From: Mobula hypostoma
Lineage: Eukaryota
Assembly: GCF_963921235.1 (NCBI RefSeq)
Contig: NC_086097.1
Coordinates: forward strand, 8,494,001 to 8,558,000
Reading direction: 5' to 3'
DNA: 64,000 nucleotides
The position numbers and the translations under genes were made by a program. This document shows, in pieces, positions 24,481 to 37,083 of this stretch. Each line of letters starts with the position of its first letter. Within the stretch, counting starts at the first letter, position 1. Below the pieces are notes generated by a model. The model did no database searches. It saw nothing but the letters and a program-made list of their open reading frames with translations, and was not told the DNA's origin.

Positions 24481-26721
24481 GATTTAATAAGATCCCCCCT
24501 CAATCTTCTAAATTCCAACGAGTATAAGCCTAGTCGATCCAGTCTTTCATCATATGACAGTCCTGCCATCCCAGGAATCCAATGGGATTATCCAATGGGA
24601 GAAATGTTGTTCTTTCTTGCGTGTCTGGGAGCCGGGTTTCTCGCGGTCTTTCATCGGGGAGCGACAGAGAGAGAGGACGCGAATGAAGAGAGTCGGAAAA
24701 CCACCGGAGTGGACTGGGAGCGAGGGTCCGAGGGCCGGCGACACTTGGAGGAGGTCAATGGTTGATGAATAGCCGTATCAGCGAGCTCCAACATGCACTT
24801 TTGATTTTTTTCCTTAAAATAGGCCTTTTTTCTTTTTATTTTCTTCACTAACCCCATATCCAGATTAAGATTTATAAAATTCAATCATTTAATCACCTAT
24901 GGTGTACTGTCGGATATTTTGCAGTGCGGATTTGTAACTGGACAACACGTCATGCAGCATCCACACAAGCGAGATTTCTCAGTTTGGCGGGGCCAGGAGT
25001 TGTTTTCCCCTGGATGAACACGTGCTGGCCGAGCCTGAGGGTTACACAAGCAAGGCTCCCCAACCCCGCCACCCCCCCCCATCTTAACTGTATTTTACAG
25101 GAGCACTGTTGAGAGCGTCCAGACAAGTTACATCTCTGACTGGTATGGGAGCAGTCGAGCATTGGACCAGAAGTACCAACAAAGGACTGCGAGAACAGCA
25201 GAAAGGATCATAGGGTCTCCTTACCATCCATCGGGGACATTTATCAGATGCGCTGAGTACACTAGGCCCTTAGTATTATTATGGATTCCACCCATCATTC
25301 CAGCATCCTCAGACTTTCTACTGTCAGGCAGGAAACTACCATGCATAAAAACAAGAAACAGTTCCCCCCCCGCCCCCCGAGGCTGTCAAGTTTCTGAACT
25401 CCCCGCTGCATTGTATTCAAAGTGTCACTGGATAATTTGTTCCATTTCTTCCAATTTTTAATACCAATGCACTTTAGTTTGTTATTTATGTTTGTTGTTT
25501 CATCTGTAGATTTTATCCTTACCTTTATAGGTTATCATGTGTTATGTGTGTTATGTGTCCTACTGTGTTTTACACCCTGGTTCAAAGAAATGCCTCGTTT
25601 CTATATATATTATATGTTTATGTATGTTATATACATCTATATAGTTAAATGACAATAAACTTGACTTAACATGAAAATTCTGATTACAAACCTCCGCAGC
25701 CTTGTGGCTATACACTCTCTTGGGGAAGACTTTGGGGGTAAGCCCCAAAGAGAGATCTAAATCTGGAGTCCCTATTTTGAGTTCAGTTCCAACTGTCAAC
25801 TCCTGTGATGCTGCTGGTGCCAAACTGTTTTGGTCTCTGCTGTTACCTTGGATTCATCAGATGCGTGAGGAAGGGGAGCCGGCTATATGGACAACAGCTT
25901 GCTCCTCTATTGTACTGCCCAGGTTTACATATCTAGACAGCTAGGACACAACATCCATGGTTGACTCTGACCCAAGGAGGCTGCCTCCTCCTCAGTTAAA
26001 TACTTATTTGCTCAACTATTTGTTAAATGTTATCAATTATTATCTTGAATATGCACCTTGCAATAAGAATGGTATCACTGACATAATAGATAAAAACAAC
26101 CAAACTGATTTTATTTACAAATACAATTAATTTAAAATGCATGTCAGAAGTGAGCCAACCTGAATGCCTAGCACATGGGTTGTGCAGACAGCAACCAGTG
26201 GAGACCTCTGACCTAGGCTAGTCTTTCAATTTGTCCCCAAGTGTAGCCTATCTTCTAAAATCCTTCCTTTCCCAAGGATAAGGTCTTTGGAGCTTCTGCT
26301 GTTGTGTCTGTAGCTCTGGATTTTTACAAGATGGGTTTGGTAACCTCGTACCCAGCCCTCTTCTAATTCCAGCCAGGCTTGGACCATCCTTGGTAGAGTT
26401 ATTGATGGAGTGAGGTAACATGATGATTAGTGAAGTGTCCCTGTGTCCAGGTGATAAGAAAGGAAAGGTTAATTTGTGTTGCACTGATATTCATTGTAGA
26501 AGTGTTGCAAGACACTCAGATCTAGAAATTTATAGTCCTATGGCAGAGAAACAGGCCAATAAACTCGTAAAAGCCATTTACCTGAATCGTATACTAATCC
26601 CAAATCCCATTCTATTCTTCCCATGTTCCCACTAATCCCCTTAGATTCAGGCCAGTCATTTACAAACTTGGGACAACTTCCAACCTGCATGACTTTGAAA
26701 TGAGGGTGGAAACCAAAGTAC

Positions 26722-27200
26722 CACAAGCAATGCCTCATATTTTGTCTGGGCAGCATCAAACCTAATGGCAAGAATATTGATTTCTCTAACATCAGTAATT
26801 TCACCCCCCCCCCTTCTTCCCTGTTCCCTCTTTTTCAATTCCCCACTCTAGCCCCTTCTTACCTCTTCCCTTTTTCTCACCTGCCTATCACATCAACCTA
26901 ATGCTCCTCCACCTTCCCCTTCTCCCATGGTCCACTCACCTCTCCCATCAGATTCCTTCCTCTTCAGCTTTTTATCTCTTCCACCGATCACATCTCAGCA
27001 TCTTACCTCTCTCCCCACCCCCCACCCTGCTGGCTTCACCTATCACCTTCTAGCTTGTACTCCCTCTCCTCTCCCCACCTTCTTATTCTGGTAACTTCCC
27101 CCTTCCTTTCCAGTCATGCAGAAGGGTCTCGGCCTGAAACATCCATTTCCAAAGATGCTGTCTGCCCTGCCGAGTTCCCTCAGCATTTTGCATATGTTCC
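26722..27200 (+). mobile_element. Penelope 3' end plus pseudo-LTR, decayed
   Basis: KQCLIFCLGSIKPNGKNIDFSN (GIY-YIG C-terminus); degenerate hammerhead at about 27110-27143. Confidence 0.75.
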
Positions 27201-27409
27201 ATGGACAATCCAAGGTATACACCTAACCAAACACAGAAGTGGAGCAGCCATGTAAATATGTGGCTATGAAAACAACCTGGAGACTGTGTATGCCGTGCTG
27301 AGTTACACCCTGAAGCTTCACACATCAGAACATTGAGAGAATGACACAGTATTCTCCACTTGTCTTGGAAAGTGCAGCTCTTATATTATATATAATTTGT
27401 GATCTGGAA

Positions 27410-29212
27410 GTCACGTCAAGTCAAGTCACTTTTTATTGTTATTTCGACCATAACTGCTGGGACAGTACACAGTAAAAATGAGACAATGTTTTTCAGGACC
27501 ATGGTGCTACATGAAACAATACAAAAACTACACTGAACTACGTAAAACAACACAAAACTACACTAGCCTACAGACCTACCCAGGACTGCATAAGGTGCAC
27601 AAAACAGTTCAGGCATTACAATAAATAATAAACAAGACAATAGGCACAGTAGAGGGCAGTAGGTTGGTGTCAGTCCAGGCTCTGGGTATTGAGGAGTCTG
27701 ATGGCTTGGGGGAAGAAACTGTTACATAGTCTGGTCGTGAGAGCCCGAATGCTTCGGTGCCTTTTGCCAGATGGCAGGAGGGAGAAGAGTTTGTATGAGG
27801 GGTGCGTGTGGTCCTTCATAATGCTGTTCGCTTTACAGATGCAGTGTGTGGTGTAAATGTCTGTAATGGCGGGAAGAGAGACCCTGATGATCTTCTCAGC
27901 TGACCTCACTATCCACTGCAGGGTCTTGCGATCCGAGATGGTGCAATTTCCGAACCAGGCAGTGATGCAGCTGCTCAGGATGCTCTCAATACAACCTCTG
28001 TAGAATGTGGTGAGGATGGGGGGAGGGAGATGGACTTTTCTCAGCCTTCACAGAAAGTAGAGATGTGGCTGGGCTTTCTTTGCTATGGAGCTGGTGTTGA
28101 GGGACCAGGTGAGATTCTCCACCAGGTGAACAACAAGAAATTTGGTGCTCTTAATGATCTCTATGGAGGAGTCATCGATGTTCAGCAGAGAGTGGTCGCT
28201 CTGTGTCGTCCTGAAGTCAACAACCATCTCTATTGTTTTTTTCACATTCAGAGACAGGCTGTTGGTTCTGCACCAGTCCATTAGCTGCTGCACCTCCTCT
28301 CTGTATGCTGACTCATAGTTCTTGCTGATGAGACCCACCACAGTCCTGTCATCGGCGAACTCGATGATGTGGTTCAAGCTGTGTGTTGCAGCACAGTCGT
28401 GGGTCAGCAGAGTGAACAGCAGTGGACTGAGCACACAGCCCTGGGGGGCCCCCATGCTCAGTGTGATGGTGTTGGAGATGCTGCTTCCAATCCAGACTGA
28501 CTGAGGTCTCCCAGTCAGGAAGTCTAGGATCCATTTGCAGGGGGAGGTGTTCAGGCCCAGTAGGCTCAGCTTACCAATCAGTTTCTGAGGAGTGATTATG
28601 TTGAATGCTGAACTGAAGTCTATGAACAGCATTTTAATGGATGCGTCTTTTTTGTCCAGGTGGGTTAGGGCCAGGTGGAGGGTAATAGCAATGGCGTCGT
28701 CTGTTGAACGGTTGGGACGGTACGCGAACTGCAGGGGATCCAGTGAAGGGGACAGCAGGGCCTTGATGTGCCTCATGACGAGCCTCTTGAAACACTTCAT
28801 GATGATGGATGTGAGTGCGACGGGACGGTAGTCGTTGAGGCAGGACACTGAAGACTTCTTCGGCACGGGGACGATGGTGGCGGACTTGAAGCACGTTGGA
28901 ACGACGGCGCTGCTCAGGGAGATGTTGAAGAAGTCAGTGAGAATTTCAGCTAGCTGGTCTGCACATCCTCTAAGCACTCTGCCAGGAATATTGTCTGGTC
29001 CAGCAGCCTTCCATGGGTTGACCCTGCACAGGGTTCTCCTCATATCGGCCACGGTAAGACACAGCACCTGGTCATTTGGAGGAGGGGTGGTCTTCCTCGC
29101 CGGCACGTCATTTTCAGCCTCAAAACAAGTGTAGAAATTGCACAACGCATCTGGGAGGGAGGCATCACCAGCACAGGCAGGTGGTGCTGTCTTGTAATTG
29201 GTGATGTCCCTG
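27410..29212 (-). mobile_element. Rex1/Babar LINE, 5'-truncated RT
   Basis: ORF 28048-29295 ([46 protein letters not shown]); ORF 27670-27909 (NSFFPQAIRLLN); (cttga)n tail. Confidence 0.93.
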
Positions 29213-29214
29213 AC

Positions 29215-29450
29215 AAGGTCAGTATAACTACTCATCCTTAATTGCCCTTGAGAAACTATAGGTGAATCACATGTTGGGTGGACCTGAAGTAACACTAAAG
29301 CCTAACTGGGTAAAGATGGCAAGTGTGTTTTCCGTTAGAATATTATTGAGCCAGACAAGCTCTTACAACTATCCAGTAATTTTATAGTCACAAGCTGCTG
29401 AAGTAAGGTTTGAATTTGTATCTCTGGATCAATAGCCCAGCTCTCTGACA
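29215..29450 (-). mobile_element. Old SINE-like remnant
   Basis: catccttaattgcccttgagaa...actgggtaaagatggca, ending in a reversed tRNA-like head; recognised only loosely. Confidence 0.35.
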
Positions 29451-30489
29451 CTAGTCGAATAAATTGTGTCCTTTTATGATCTCAACTCAAGGAATGTGAT
29501 AAAATTCACCATGCAGGAAAAGACATTTAGGCCAACCAGCTGACATCATTATTTATACTTCGAAAGAGACTAATTCCAATGACTTTACATCTATTTTTCT
29601 ATTCCTGTCTTTTAATGTTTATCCAGTTTCTCCTTAAAAATATTTATACTAATCGCTGCCTGCTCTTCATAAGTTAGCAAGTTCTATACCCCAAAATGTT
29701 ATGTCTTAATTGATAATTAATTAATAATTTATAATGATCATGTGTTCTCCGAAGGGATAAAATCTCATTGGAAATGTTGTCAGCCTCGGCTAACACAAGT
29801 TAGTTGCATTAATAATTGATCCAGAGAAGATTTATCACACATACATCAAAGCATACAGTGAAATGCATCATTAGCATCAAATCAGACCAGTGAGGATCGA
29901 AGAGTACAGTCAAATGCATCGTTTGCATCAAACTAAGTCCATAAGGATTGCGCTGGGAAGTCTGCAAGTGCACCATCATAGCAGCCCACAAGTCAGGAAG
30001 CCCAACCATACGTCTTTGAAATGTGCAAGGAAACCAGAGGAACCACATAGTCACGGCGAGAATGTACTAATTCCTTGCAGAAAGAGGCAGGAATGGATCC
30101 CCATCATCAGCGACATGGTAACATAGCAGTAGTGCTTTTACAATACCAGTCAATCACTTCATTTCCTGCTGCTAACTATAAGGAGTTTGTTCATTCTCTC
30201 CATGTCTGTATAGTCTCCTCCAGGTGCCCCGGTTGCTCCCACATTCCAAAGATGTCTTGATTAGTTGGTTAATTAATCACATGGGTGTAAATAGGCTGTG
30301 TGTCTTGCTGGGCCAGAAGGGCTTGTTATCATACTAAATCTCTAAATAAATCAAAATATTAAGGGCTGTGTTAACCGCTACACTACCATGGCTTACAATA
30401 TTACTTTAATTAAAGTAAACTTAAGAACATAAGTAAAATTAAATTTGATAAATTATATTCAAGAAATGGAAGAACAGAGAAGGAGGCAA

Positions 30490-30775
30490 CATATAAAAAC
30501 AGACGTAGGTTGTATGAAAGATGAGATTATTAAAAGTTAATGTGGGTTCCTTACGTGCGGAGACAACAAAAATTACAATTGGGAATATGGAAGTGGTAGA
30601 GGCATTAAACAAACAATTAGAATCTGTCTTCACAGCAGAAAACAGAACAAACATTCTAGCAACAGTGGGAAACCAACGGTCTAGGGAGAATGAAGAAAAG
30701 AGAAATTATTATTAATAAAGACATCACATTAAAAAAATTCATATGGCTATAAGCTGATAAATCCCTGAATGTCTT
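30490..30775 (+). mobile_element. CR1 ORF2 internal fragment
   Basis: KVNVGSLRAETTKITIGNMEVVEALNKQLESVFT, similar to the 21908 ORF. Confidence 0.75.
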
Positions 30776-30788
30776 CAGTTGGAGAGAG

Positions 30789-31189
30789 TGTATTGGAACA
30801 GGGAAAAAAATAAAACAGATTAATTTTAAGTTGCAGAGAATGTGGGAGAGGAATGGATCAGGCAAACGGACACTTCGCTAATAGGCGAGACCAAAGTTGC
30901 CAAGGATATAACCTGCTGATGTTTTCTGTCAATAACCCTGAGGGTCCATGAACCTGTATTTGTAAATTATTGTTTATCTAGAGTTGTTAATCCCTTGTGC
31001 TTTCTGTTTAATCTTGTCACGTTTATTTTGACTGGCATGGGTTTTCTGTATACTTACTTAAAGCGAACTCCCGATTCGAGCTTATCACGGGGTTATTGTG
31101 TGTTTCAAGAATTATTCATCTTGTGGTCTCACTCAGCTACTGATGTTCTTTTGGAATTCCTATGAATAAAATCCTGTTCCCGTCTCTAC
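30789..31189 (+). mobile_element. Possible LTR remnant
   Basis: TG..CA ends and AATAAA just before the end, but no TSD found. Confidence 0.3.
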
Positions 31190-31194
31190 ATGGG

Positions 31195-31885
31195 ATCTGT
31201 TGTTCCTCCACACCAGACAGCTCAGCGCATCTGTAGATGTGAACTTACCACTATTCAGGACATTTGCAGAGACAGGTGCGTAAAAAGGGCCCGAAGGATC
31301 ATTAGGGACCTGAGTCCCTAACGTCTCCCATCCACTACATAAGGTACTGGTTGGGCACAGGAGTACATTCAGCCAGAGACTCATTCCACCAAGATGCAAC
31401 ACAGAGCGTCATAGGAAGTCATTCCTGCCTGTGGCCATCAAACTTTACATCTCCTCCCTTGGAGGGTCAGACACCCTGAGCCAATAGGCTGGTCCTGGAC
31501 TTATTTCCTGGCATAATTTACATATTACTATTTAATTATTTATGGTGCAACTGTAACAAAAACCGATTTCCCACGGGATCAATAAAGTATGACTATGAGT
31601 CACCCCAACCACAAACTGTTCTGGCTGCTACCATCCGGGAAACGGTACCACAGCATAAAAGCTAGGACCAACAGGCTCCAGGACAGTTTCTCCAACCAGG
31701 CCATCAGACTGATTAATTCACGCTGATACAATTGTATTTCTATGCTGTATTGAGTGTCCTGTTGTACATACTATTTATTACAAATTTGTAAATAGCACAT
31801 TGCACATTTAGACAGAGACATAACGTAAAGATTTTTACTCCTCATATATGTGAAGGATGTAAGAAACAAAGTCAATTCAATTCAA
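31195..31885 (+). mobile_element. Two nested Rex1-type 3' ends
   Basis: SFLPVAIKL with (tgacta) tail at 31323-31598 inside a copy with an (aattc)n tail; the tgacta type recurs at 42483-42664(-). Confidence 0.7.
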
Positions 31886-32230
31886 CCTGGGTTCAGTTGT
31901 TTGGATTCATCAGGGCAGTTAGAAAGGAAGCACAAGTAAAGCAATGTAAAAGATGTGAATTGCAGAGTTGTAATGCATCCGGAGCAGGTCAGGCTATAGC
32001 AGTAAGGTGGGAGGAGAAGTTAGGGTTGGAATCTGGGCCCATTATCACAGAAGGGTGAGTACAACAGATCCAGATCTATTTATAACAGAATGGACTGCTT
32101 ACTTTGTGCTCTCACACTCTCTTTGTGCTTTCAGCTCTCACTCACCTCTGCATTAGCACAGACTGACATCATTCAGGACATACTCTCTTCTCTTTGCAGC
32201 AAGGAGGAGGTATAGGAGCCTGAAGATACA

Positions 32231-33364
32231 GAATTGAAAATACACGTGGACTAAGATGTTAACTGTCCTGTGCTATCACCAGTGGGATTATCAGTTGATC
32301 TGCCACCTGTCTTCAGGAGTTTCGGCCCGCTTATGATCAGGACTCCCTCGAGGTGGTGGGCCAGCACCACCTCCCACTGGTGAGCTTAAAAACTTGACAT
32401 CTGCCTCTATCAGAGTTGATGGTCACTTCCATCTAATAGATAGTCTACTCTTCAGGTGTCTATGCAACTACTGAAGGGTTTGCAAAAGATAGATACACTG
32501 TCTGACTATCTGGACATACTTGGTCCACACCCATGCTGATCCTGTCTCTGCTGTCTCAGCTACAGCCCTGCTGGTTGACTTGATCTCTCTTCTAGTGAAG
32601 CCAAGGTCACGCAGCCACTTCTGGAAAGTGAACGCAATAAAGCCACAGCAACCTACTTCTAATGGTAGCATGAGACCTTCCACCATCTGTCTCTGCACTC
32701 TGATCTTAAATCTGCATACTTGGTTGACCTGCGCTCATGGGCTTCATCGATGTTGTCTTCCCAGGGGACCGTGTGTTCACCAATAACCACTTCTCTACTG
32801 GTGTCAGACCATACGATTATATCTGGACGCAATGTGGTGAAAGCTATTTGCTCCGGGAAACTGCCTTTCCCATCCAGATCAGTCTTGACACACCGATCAT
32901 TGGCTGAAGAAAGTATGCTTGATCGTGAACCTGCACTGTATGCCCTTGACTTGGAGCCTTCTTTCACAAATGATTTGCAATGTTCTGTGCAGCATGGGGC
33001 ATGAGATAAGTTGTGCTGCAATACTCTCTGCTCAACCGCTTCTGTTACAACTTTGAGAACGTTGTTATGTCTCCAAGTGTACATGCTGCTGGAAAGATTG
33101 ACTCTGCATGCACTCAAAATATATTGAGGTGTTCCCTTCTTGCCGCAAGCAGCACATCTGTCTGTCTTATCCTCATACCAGGTGCTCAGGTTGGCAGGTG
33201 TTGGGAGCAGGTCTTACACTGTTCTGCATAGAAAAGAAATGCGGAGTGGTTCCATCTGCCACAGAACATTCCAAGATAGATGGCGTTGTTCAACGCTTTC
33301 CCACCAGGTCCAAGCCCCTTGTTTGGCCAGGCCAGCTGTTTTAGCTAACCACTTCTCCTCTTCT
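32231..33364 (-). mobile_element. HERO/R2-group non-LTR retrotransposon 3' part (zinc knuckle + RLE)
   Basis: CAACGKKGTPQYILSAC, YTWRHNNVL, RPDIIVWS..GEHTVPWE..AHERR..KY, EVGCCGF: restriction-like PD-(D/E)xK endonuclease layout. Confidence 0.88.
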
Positions 33365-33586
33365 ACCTCTCCATTAGCACAGACTGACTTCATTCAGGAC
33401 ATAACCTCTTCTCATTGCAGCAAGGAGGAGATACAGGAGCCTGAGGATACATACTCAGAATCTTAGGATTAACATTTTCCCCCTCCATCATCTGATTTCT
33501 GAATGGATAACGTACCCATGTACACTACCTCACTATTTTCCCTCCCTTTTTGCTCTACTCATTTAATTTAATTATGTTTTACACGC

Positions 33587-33611
33587 GCACACACACACAC
33601 ACACACACACA
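33587..33611. repeat. (CA)n microsatellite
   Basis: Read directly from the sequence. Confidence 0.95.
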
Positions 33612-34259
33612 GCATATATATAGGGCAGATGGGGCAACACATCAGCCGTGGTTGGCAGCTCACTAGGAGAAGGAAAACTCTGATCTGAAACCTCCACTGC
33701 CTCACAGCTACACCCAGACATAGGGAAGGCTTTGGGAGTAAAGCCAGAGTGAAAAATCTGAAGCTGGAGTCCCTCAGGCAGTCCTACACAGAGTTCTGAT
33801 GCAGACTGGCAACTCTTGCGATGCTGCTGGTGCCAACTTGTAACGGTCTTCTGCTGCTCCTTGGATTCATCAGATGCATGGAGAGGGGGAGCTTGCTACA
33901 CGGGCAACAGCTCACTCTTCGTATTGTACTGCCCAGGCTTGCATATCTAGACAGCTAGGCCACAGCTTCCATAGTTGACCCAGACCAATGGAGACTTATT
34001 AGTATATATTTTTTAAATTGTACAGTAACTTATAGTGTTTTATTCTATATTGCAATGTACTGCTGCCACAAAATAGCAAATTACACAACATATGTCAGTG
34101 ATATGAAACCAGATTCTGATTCTCACATGCTTTGTATTCTTTACAGCCCTGAATTTCACTACTTTGACTTTTCTTTGTATTTTCTTTCAAACATTAATCT
34201 ACCAACCAGAAACTTCAGCAGCGTCTTATCTCCACCTTAATCCTTGTCTCACATTAAAA

Positions 34260-34327
34260 CAGGGGTTCCCAATCTTTGTTATACCATGAAGCGAGGGTTT
34301 AGTTGTCCCCCAGGTTGTCAACCCCTG
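34260..34327. mobile_element. Possible minimal hAT-type MITE
   Basis: caggggttcccaa...ttgtcaacccctg imperfect TIRs; no clear 8-bp TSD. Confidence 0.45.
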
Positions 34328-34859
34328 CCCAAAGAGATATTATCTCTCTCCTATTAATTCATTTGCACCCTATAGGCAATTTAAAATTACCTAGCTATCT
34401 CTCTTTCCCCAATTCTGATGAAGAGTCATGGACATGAAATGTTAACTCTGCTTCTCCTCCCACATGTTCTGCCTGAGACAGACCCATGCTTGGCTCCATT
34501 ACTCTGTGCTGATAAAATCACCGAGAGCTGATGAACAGATGTTCAGTGCCGTCTACCAGCATTTGACCTGTCTCCCTCTCTGTTCATTACAACCATTGGA
34601 CAGGAGGTGCAGGAGTCTTGGGTCCCATGTCACCAGGTTCAGGATCAGTTGTTTCCCTGCAGCTATTGGGATCAGCACTGAAAGGGCTTCAGAACTGTAA
34701 ACTCACATTTGGGGACTTTGCAATTCATGTTCCAAGTGTTATTTGTTTATATCTTTTACTATTTACATGAGCTGTCCTCTTTTGCACATTGGATATGTGG
34801 TGGTCTTTGTGGGGCCTTTTGTAGATTCTATTGTTTTACTTTGTGTATAAGATCTCAAT

Positions 34860-35400
34860 TCATGCAACAGCAAATCAAATACCTGCAATGTTGTTCATGA
34901 GAATGAATCTGAGATCTCACATAGACCTCCTGAAACTTGATTTCTGGAGGGAAGTACAGAATGAACAGTTCAGCCAGTTGTCGAGTGAAGCAGCAAAGAG
35001 CTTGGAGATTGGACAGGAAGTCCTACATAACTGAAAGGACAAGTGGACACCTGGCAGGATAGCTATAAGAACGGGACCACTGACGTATACAGTAGATGTT
35101 GGAGATCAGACATGGAGACATCATGTGGACCAGATACTGGATGCTCAACAGAAGAACATACCTGAGTCAATTGCATCCAACAAGACGGACACATTACAGT
35201 CACCTAACAGCAACATGACACTGGAAACTGAAAACTTTGTCTTAAAGAAGACACCTACCAAACCAGGTATTGTAGAGGTGTGACGAGAACGTTATGTTTG
35301 ACAAGATACCTGTCAAACCTGATACTACTCCAGTTCCAGAGGTGTTATCCTGGAAGAAACAGAGCACCACCTGAACCTTTAGAACTGTAAAGTTGGTTGT
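34860..35400 (+). mobile_element. Gypsy integrase C-terminal remnant
   Basis: PAMLFMRMNLRSHIDLLK; KWTPGRIAIRTGPLTYTVDVGDQTWRHHVDQIL; RCYPGRNRAPP. Confidence 0.75.
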
Positions 35401-35527
35401 GGACTGTTGTTGTGAAATTATGTGAACCTTCTTTTTACCGGCATCTCTAGAAACATGGCTGATAAGTCTTCCGCTAATAAGCCAGTGAACTCAGCAGTGA
35501 GAAAACAACTTTTTCTCAGACTCTGTA

Positions 35528-36381
35528 TGGAAGGACTGTCTGGGGCCCTGAATGGTAGTCAGGGAGGAAGTGTAAGGACATGTGTCGCCTCACCTGGAAG
35601 GACAGTCCTTCCAGGTGAGGCGACGCTTCACCTGTGAGTCGGCTGGGCTGATATACTGCGTCCAGTGCTCCCGATGTGGCCTTCTATATATTGGCGAGAC
35701 CCGACACAGACCAGAAGATGGTTTCGCTGAACATCTACGCTCTGTCCGCCAGAGAAAACAGGATCTCCCAGTGGCCATACATTTTAATTCCACATCCCAT
35801 TCCAATTCTGATATGTCTCTCCACGGCCTCCTCTACTGTAAAGATGAAGCCACACTCAGGTTGGAGGAACAACACCTTATATTCCGTCTGGGTAGCCTCC
35901 AACCAGATGGCATGAACATTGACTTCTCAAACTTCCGTTAATGCCCTATCTCCCTCTCGTACCCCATCCGTTATTTATTTATATACACACATTCTTTTTC
36001 TTTTTCTCTCTCTCCTTTTTCTCCCTCTGTCCCTCTCACTATACCCCTTGCCCATCCTCTGGGTTTTTCCCCCCCTCCGCCTTTTCTTTCTCCCTAGGCC
36101 TCCTGTCCTATGATCCTCTCATATCCCTTTTGCCAATCAACTGTCCAGCTCTTGGCTCCATCCCTCCCCCTCCTGTCTTCTCCTATCATTTTGGATCTCC
36201 CCTTCCCCCTCCCACTTTCAAATCTCTTACTAGCTCTTCTATCAGTTAGTCCTGATGAAGGGTCTCGGCCCGAGACGTCGACTGTACCTCTTCCCAGAGA
36301 TGCTGCCTGGCCTGCTGCATTCACCAGCAACTTTGATTTGTGTTGCTTGAATTTCCAGCATCTGCAGATTTCCTCGTGTTT
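35528..36381 (+). mobile_element. Penelope-like element 3' end: GIY-YIG endonuclease + pseudo-LTR
   Basis: ORF 35582-35941 (LIYCVQCSRCGLLYIGET...EEQHLIFRLGSLQPDGMNIDF); hammerhead 36248-36283 with GAAA changed to GAGA. Confidence 0.93.
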
Positions 36382-36512
36382 GCAATGTTTCAGGAGCAGC
36401 TTCTTCCCCACCACCATCAGATTTCTGAATGGACAATGAACCCATGTGCATTACCTCACTATTTCAATTTATTTGTGCTACATATTTAAATTTATATACA
36501 GTACTGTGCAAA

Positions 36513-37083
36513 TGTAACACCCTGGGAAAGGTTTCACTGCTGATGTAATGGTCTTTCTGCAGAAGCAGTGTCTGAGTTATAGTTAGAGATAATGGGTGCT
36601 TTGGAATGTGATTTGTCCAATGAAGGGAGGGTGTTCTTATGTCGTGTACCAGGCACTGGTGTGAGTAGGGTCTTTTGTTCAGCGAGAGATGAAGGGAGAA
36701 GACACCGTAGAGAAGAAGTTGTAGGACTGAACCCCGAGCGGGGCCACGATCCGACGAACCCTGGGGAGATCGAAGGAGGATGGGCGAAGGGGAAACCGTG
36801 AGCTCCAACTTGTGCACGTTAGACTGTTTCATTAAAATGGACCCTTTTCCTTTTTTGCTTTTCTTTTACTAACCCTTTAATCAAATTAAGATTTATAAAG
36901 CTAAATTGTTTAATTGTATGCAGTGTACTGTCCATTATTTTGTGGTACTTACTTGTAACAGGGTAACAAATCACATAGCATCCACACAAATAGAAGGTTT
37001 TGAGGTGGGTTTACACCTCAATCTCACACGTTTGGCAGGGCCAGAGATTGTCTTCCCTAGACTCATGGAACCAGAGTGTTTCA
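36513..37083 (+). mobile_element. Solo LTR, 4-bp TSD
   Basis: TGTAAC...GTTTCA, TSD caaa; homologous to 21114-25046. Confidence 0.85.

Larger units (their letters stand above)
21244..24578 (-). mobile_element. Young CR1 LINE, truncated within ORF1
   Basis: Tail at 21244, whole ORF2, end of ORF1; ggaat at both junctions. Confidence 0.95.
21114..25046 (+). mobile_element. Solo LTR in two parts (21114-21243 and 24579-25046), split by CR1
   Basis: TGTAAC...GTTACA; TSD cgag/caag (one CpG-type change); collinear with 36513-37083. Confidence 0.85.
21005..25670 (+). mobile_element. Rex1/Babar LINE 3' fragment in two parts (21005-21113 and 25047-25670)
   Basis: KFLGVHIMDDVTWSLNITSLNKKTQQHLHF continues after the nested inserts as ARLP..ILTVFYRSTVES; aataaacttgactt tail. 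Confidence 0.85.

Noticed and set aside
35941..36439. Pro/Ser/Leu-rich ORFs
   Set aside because: Translations of the pyrimidine-rich Penelope pseudo-LTR.
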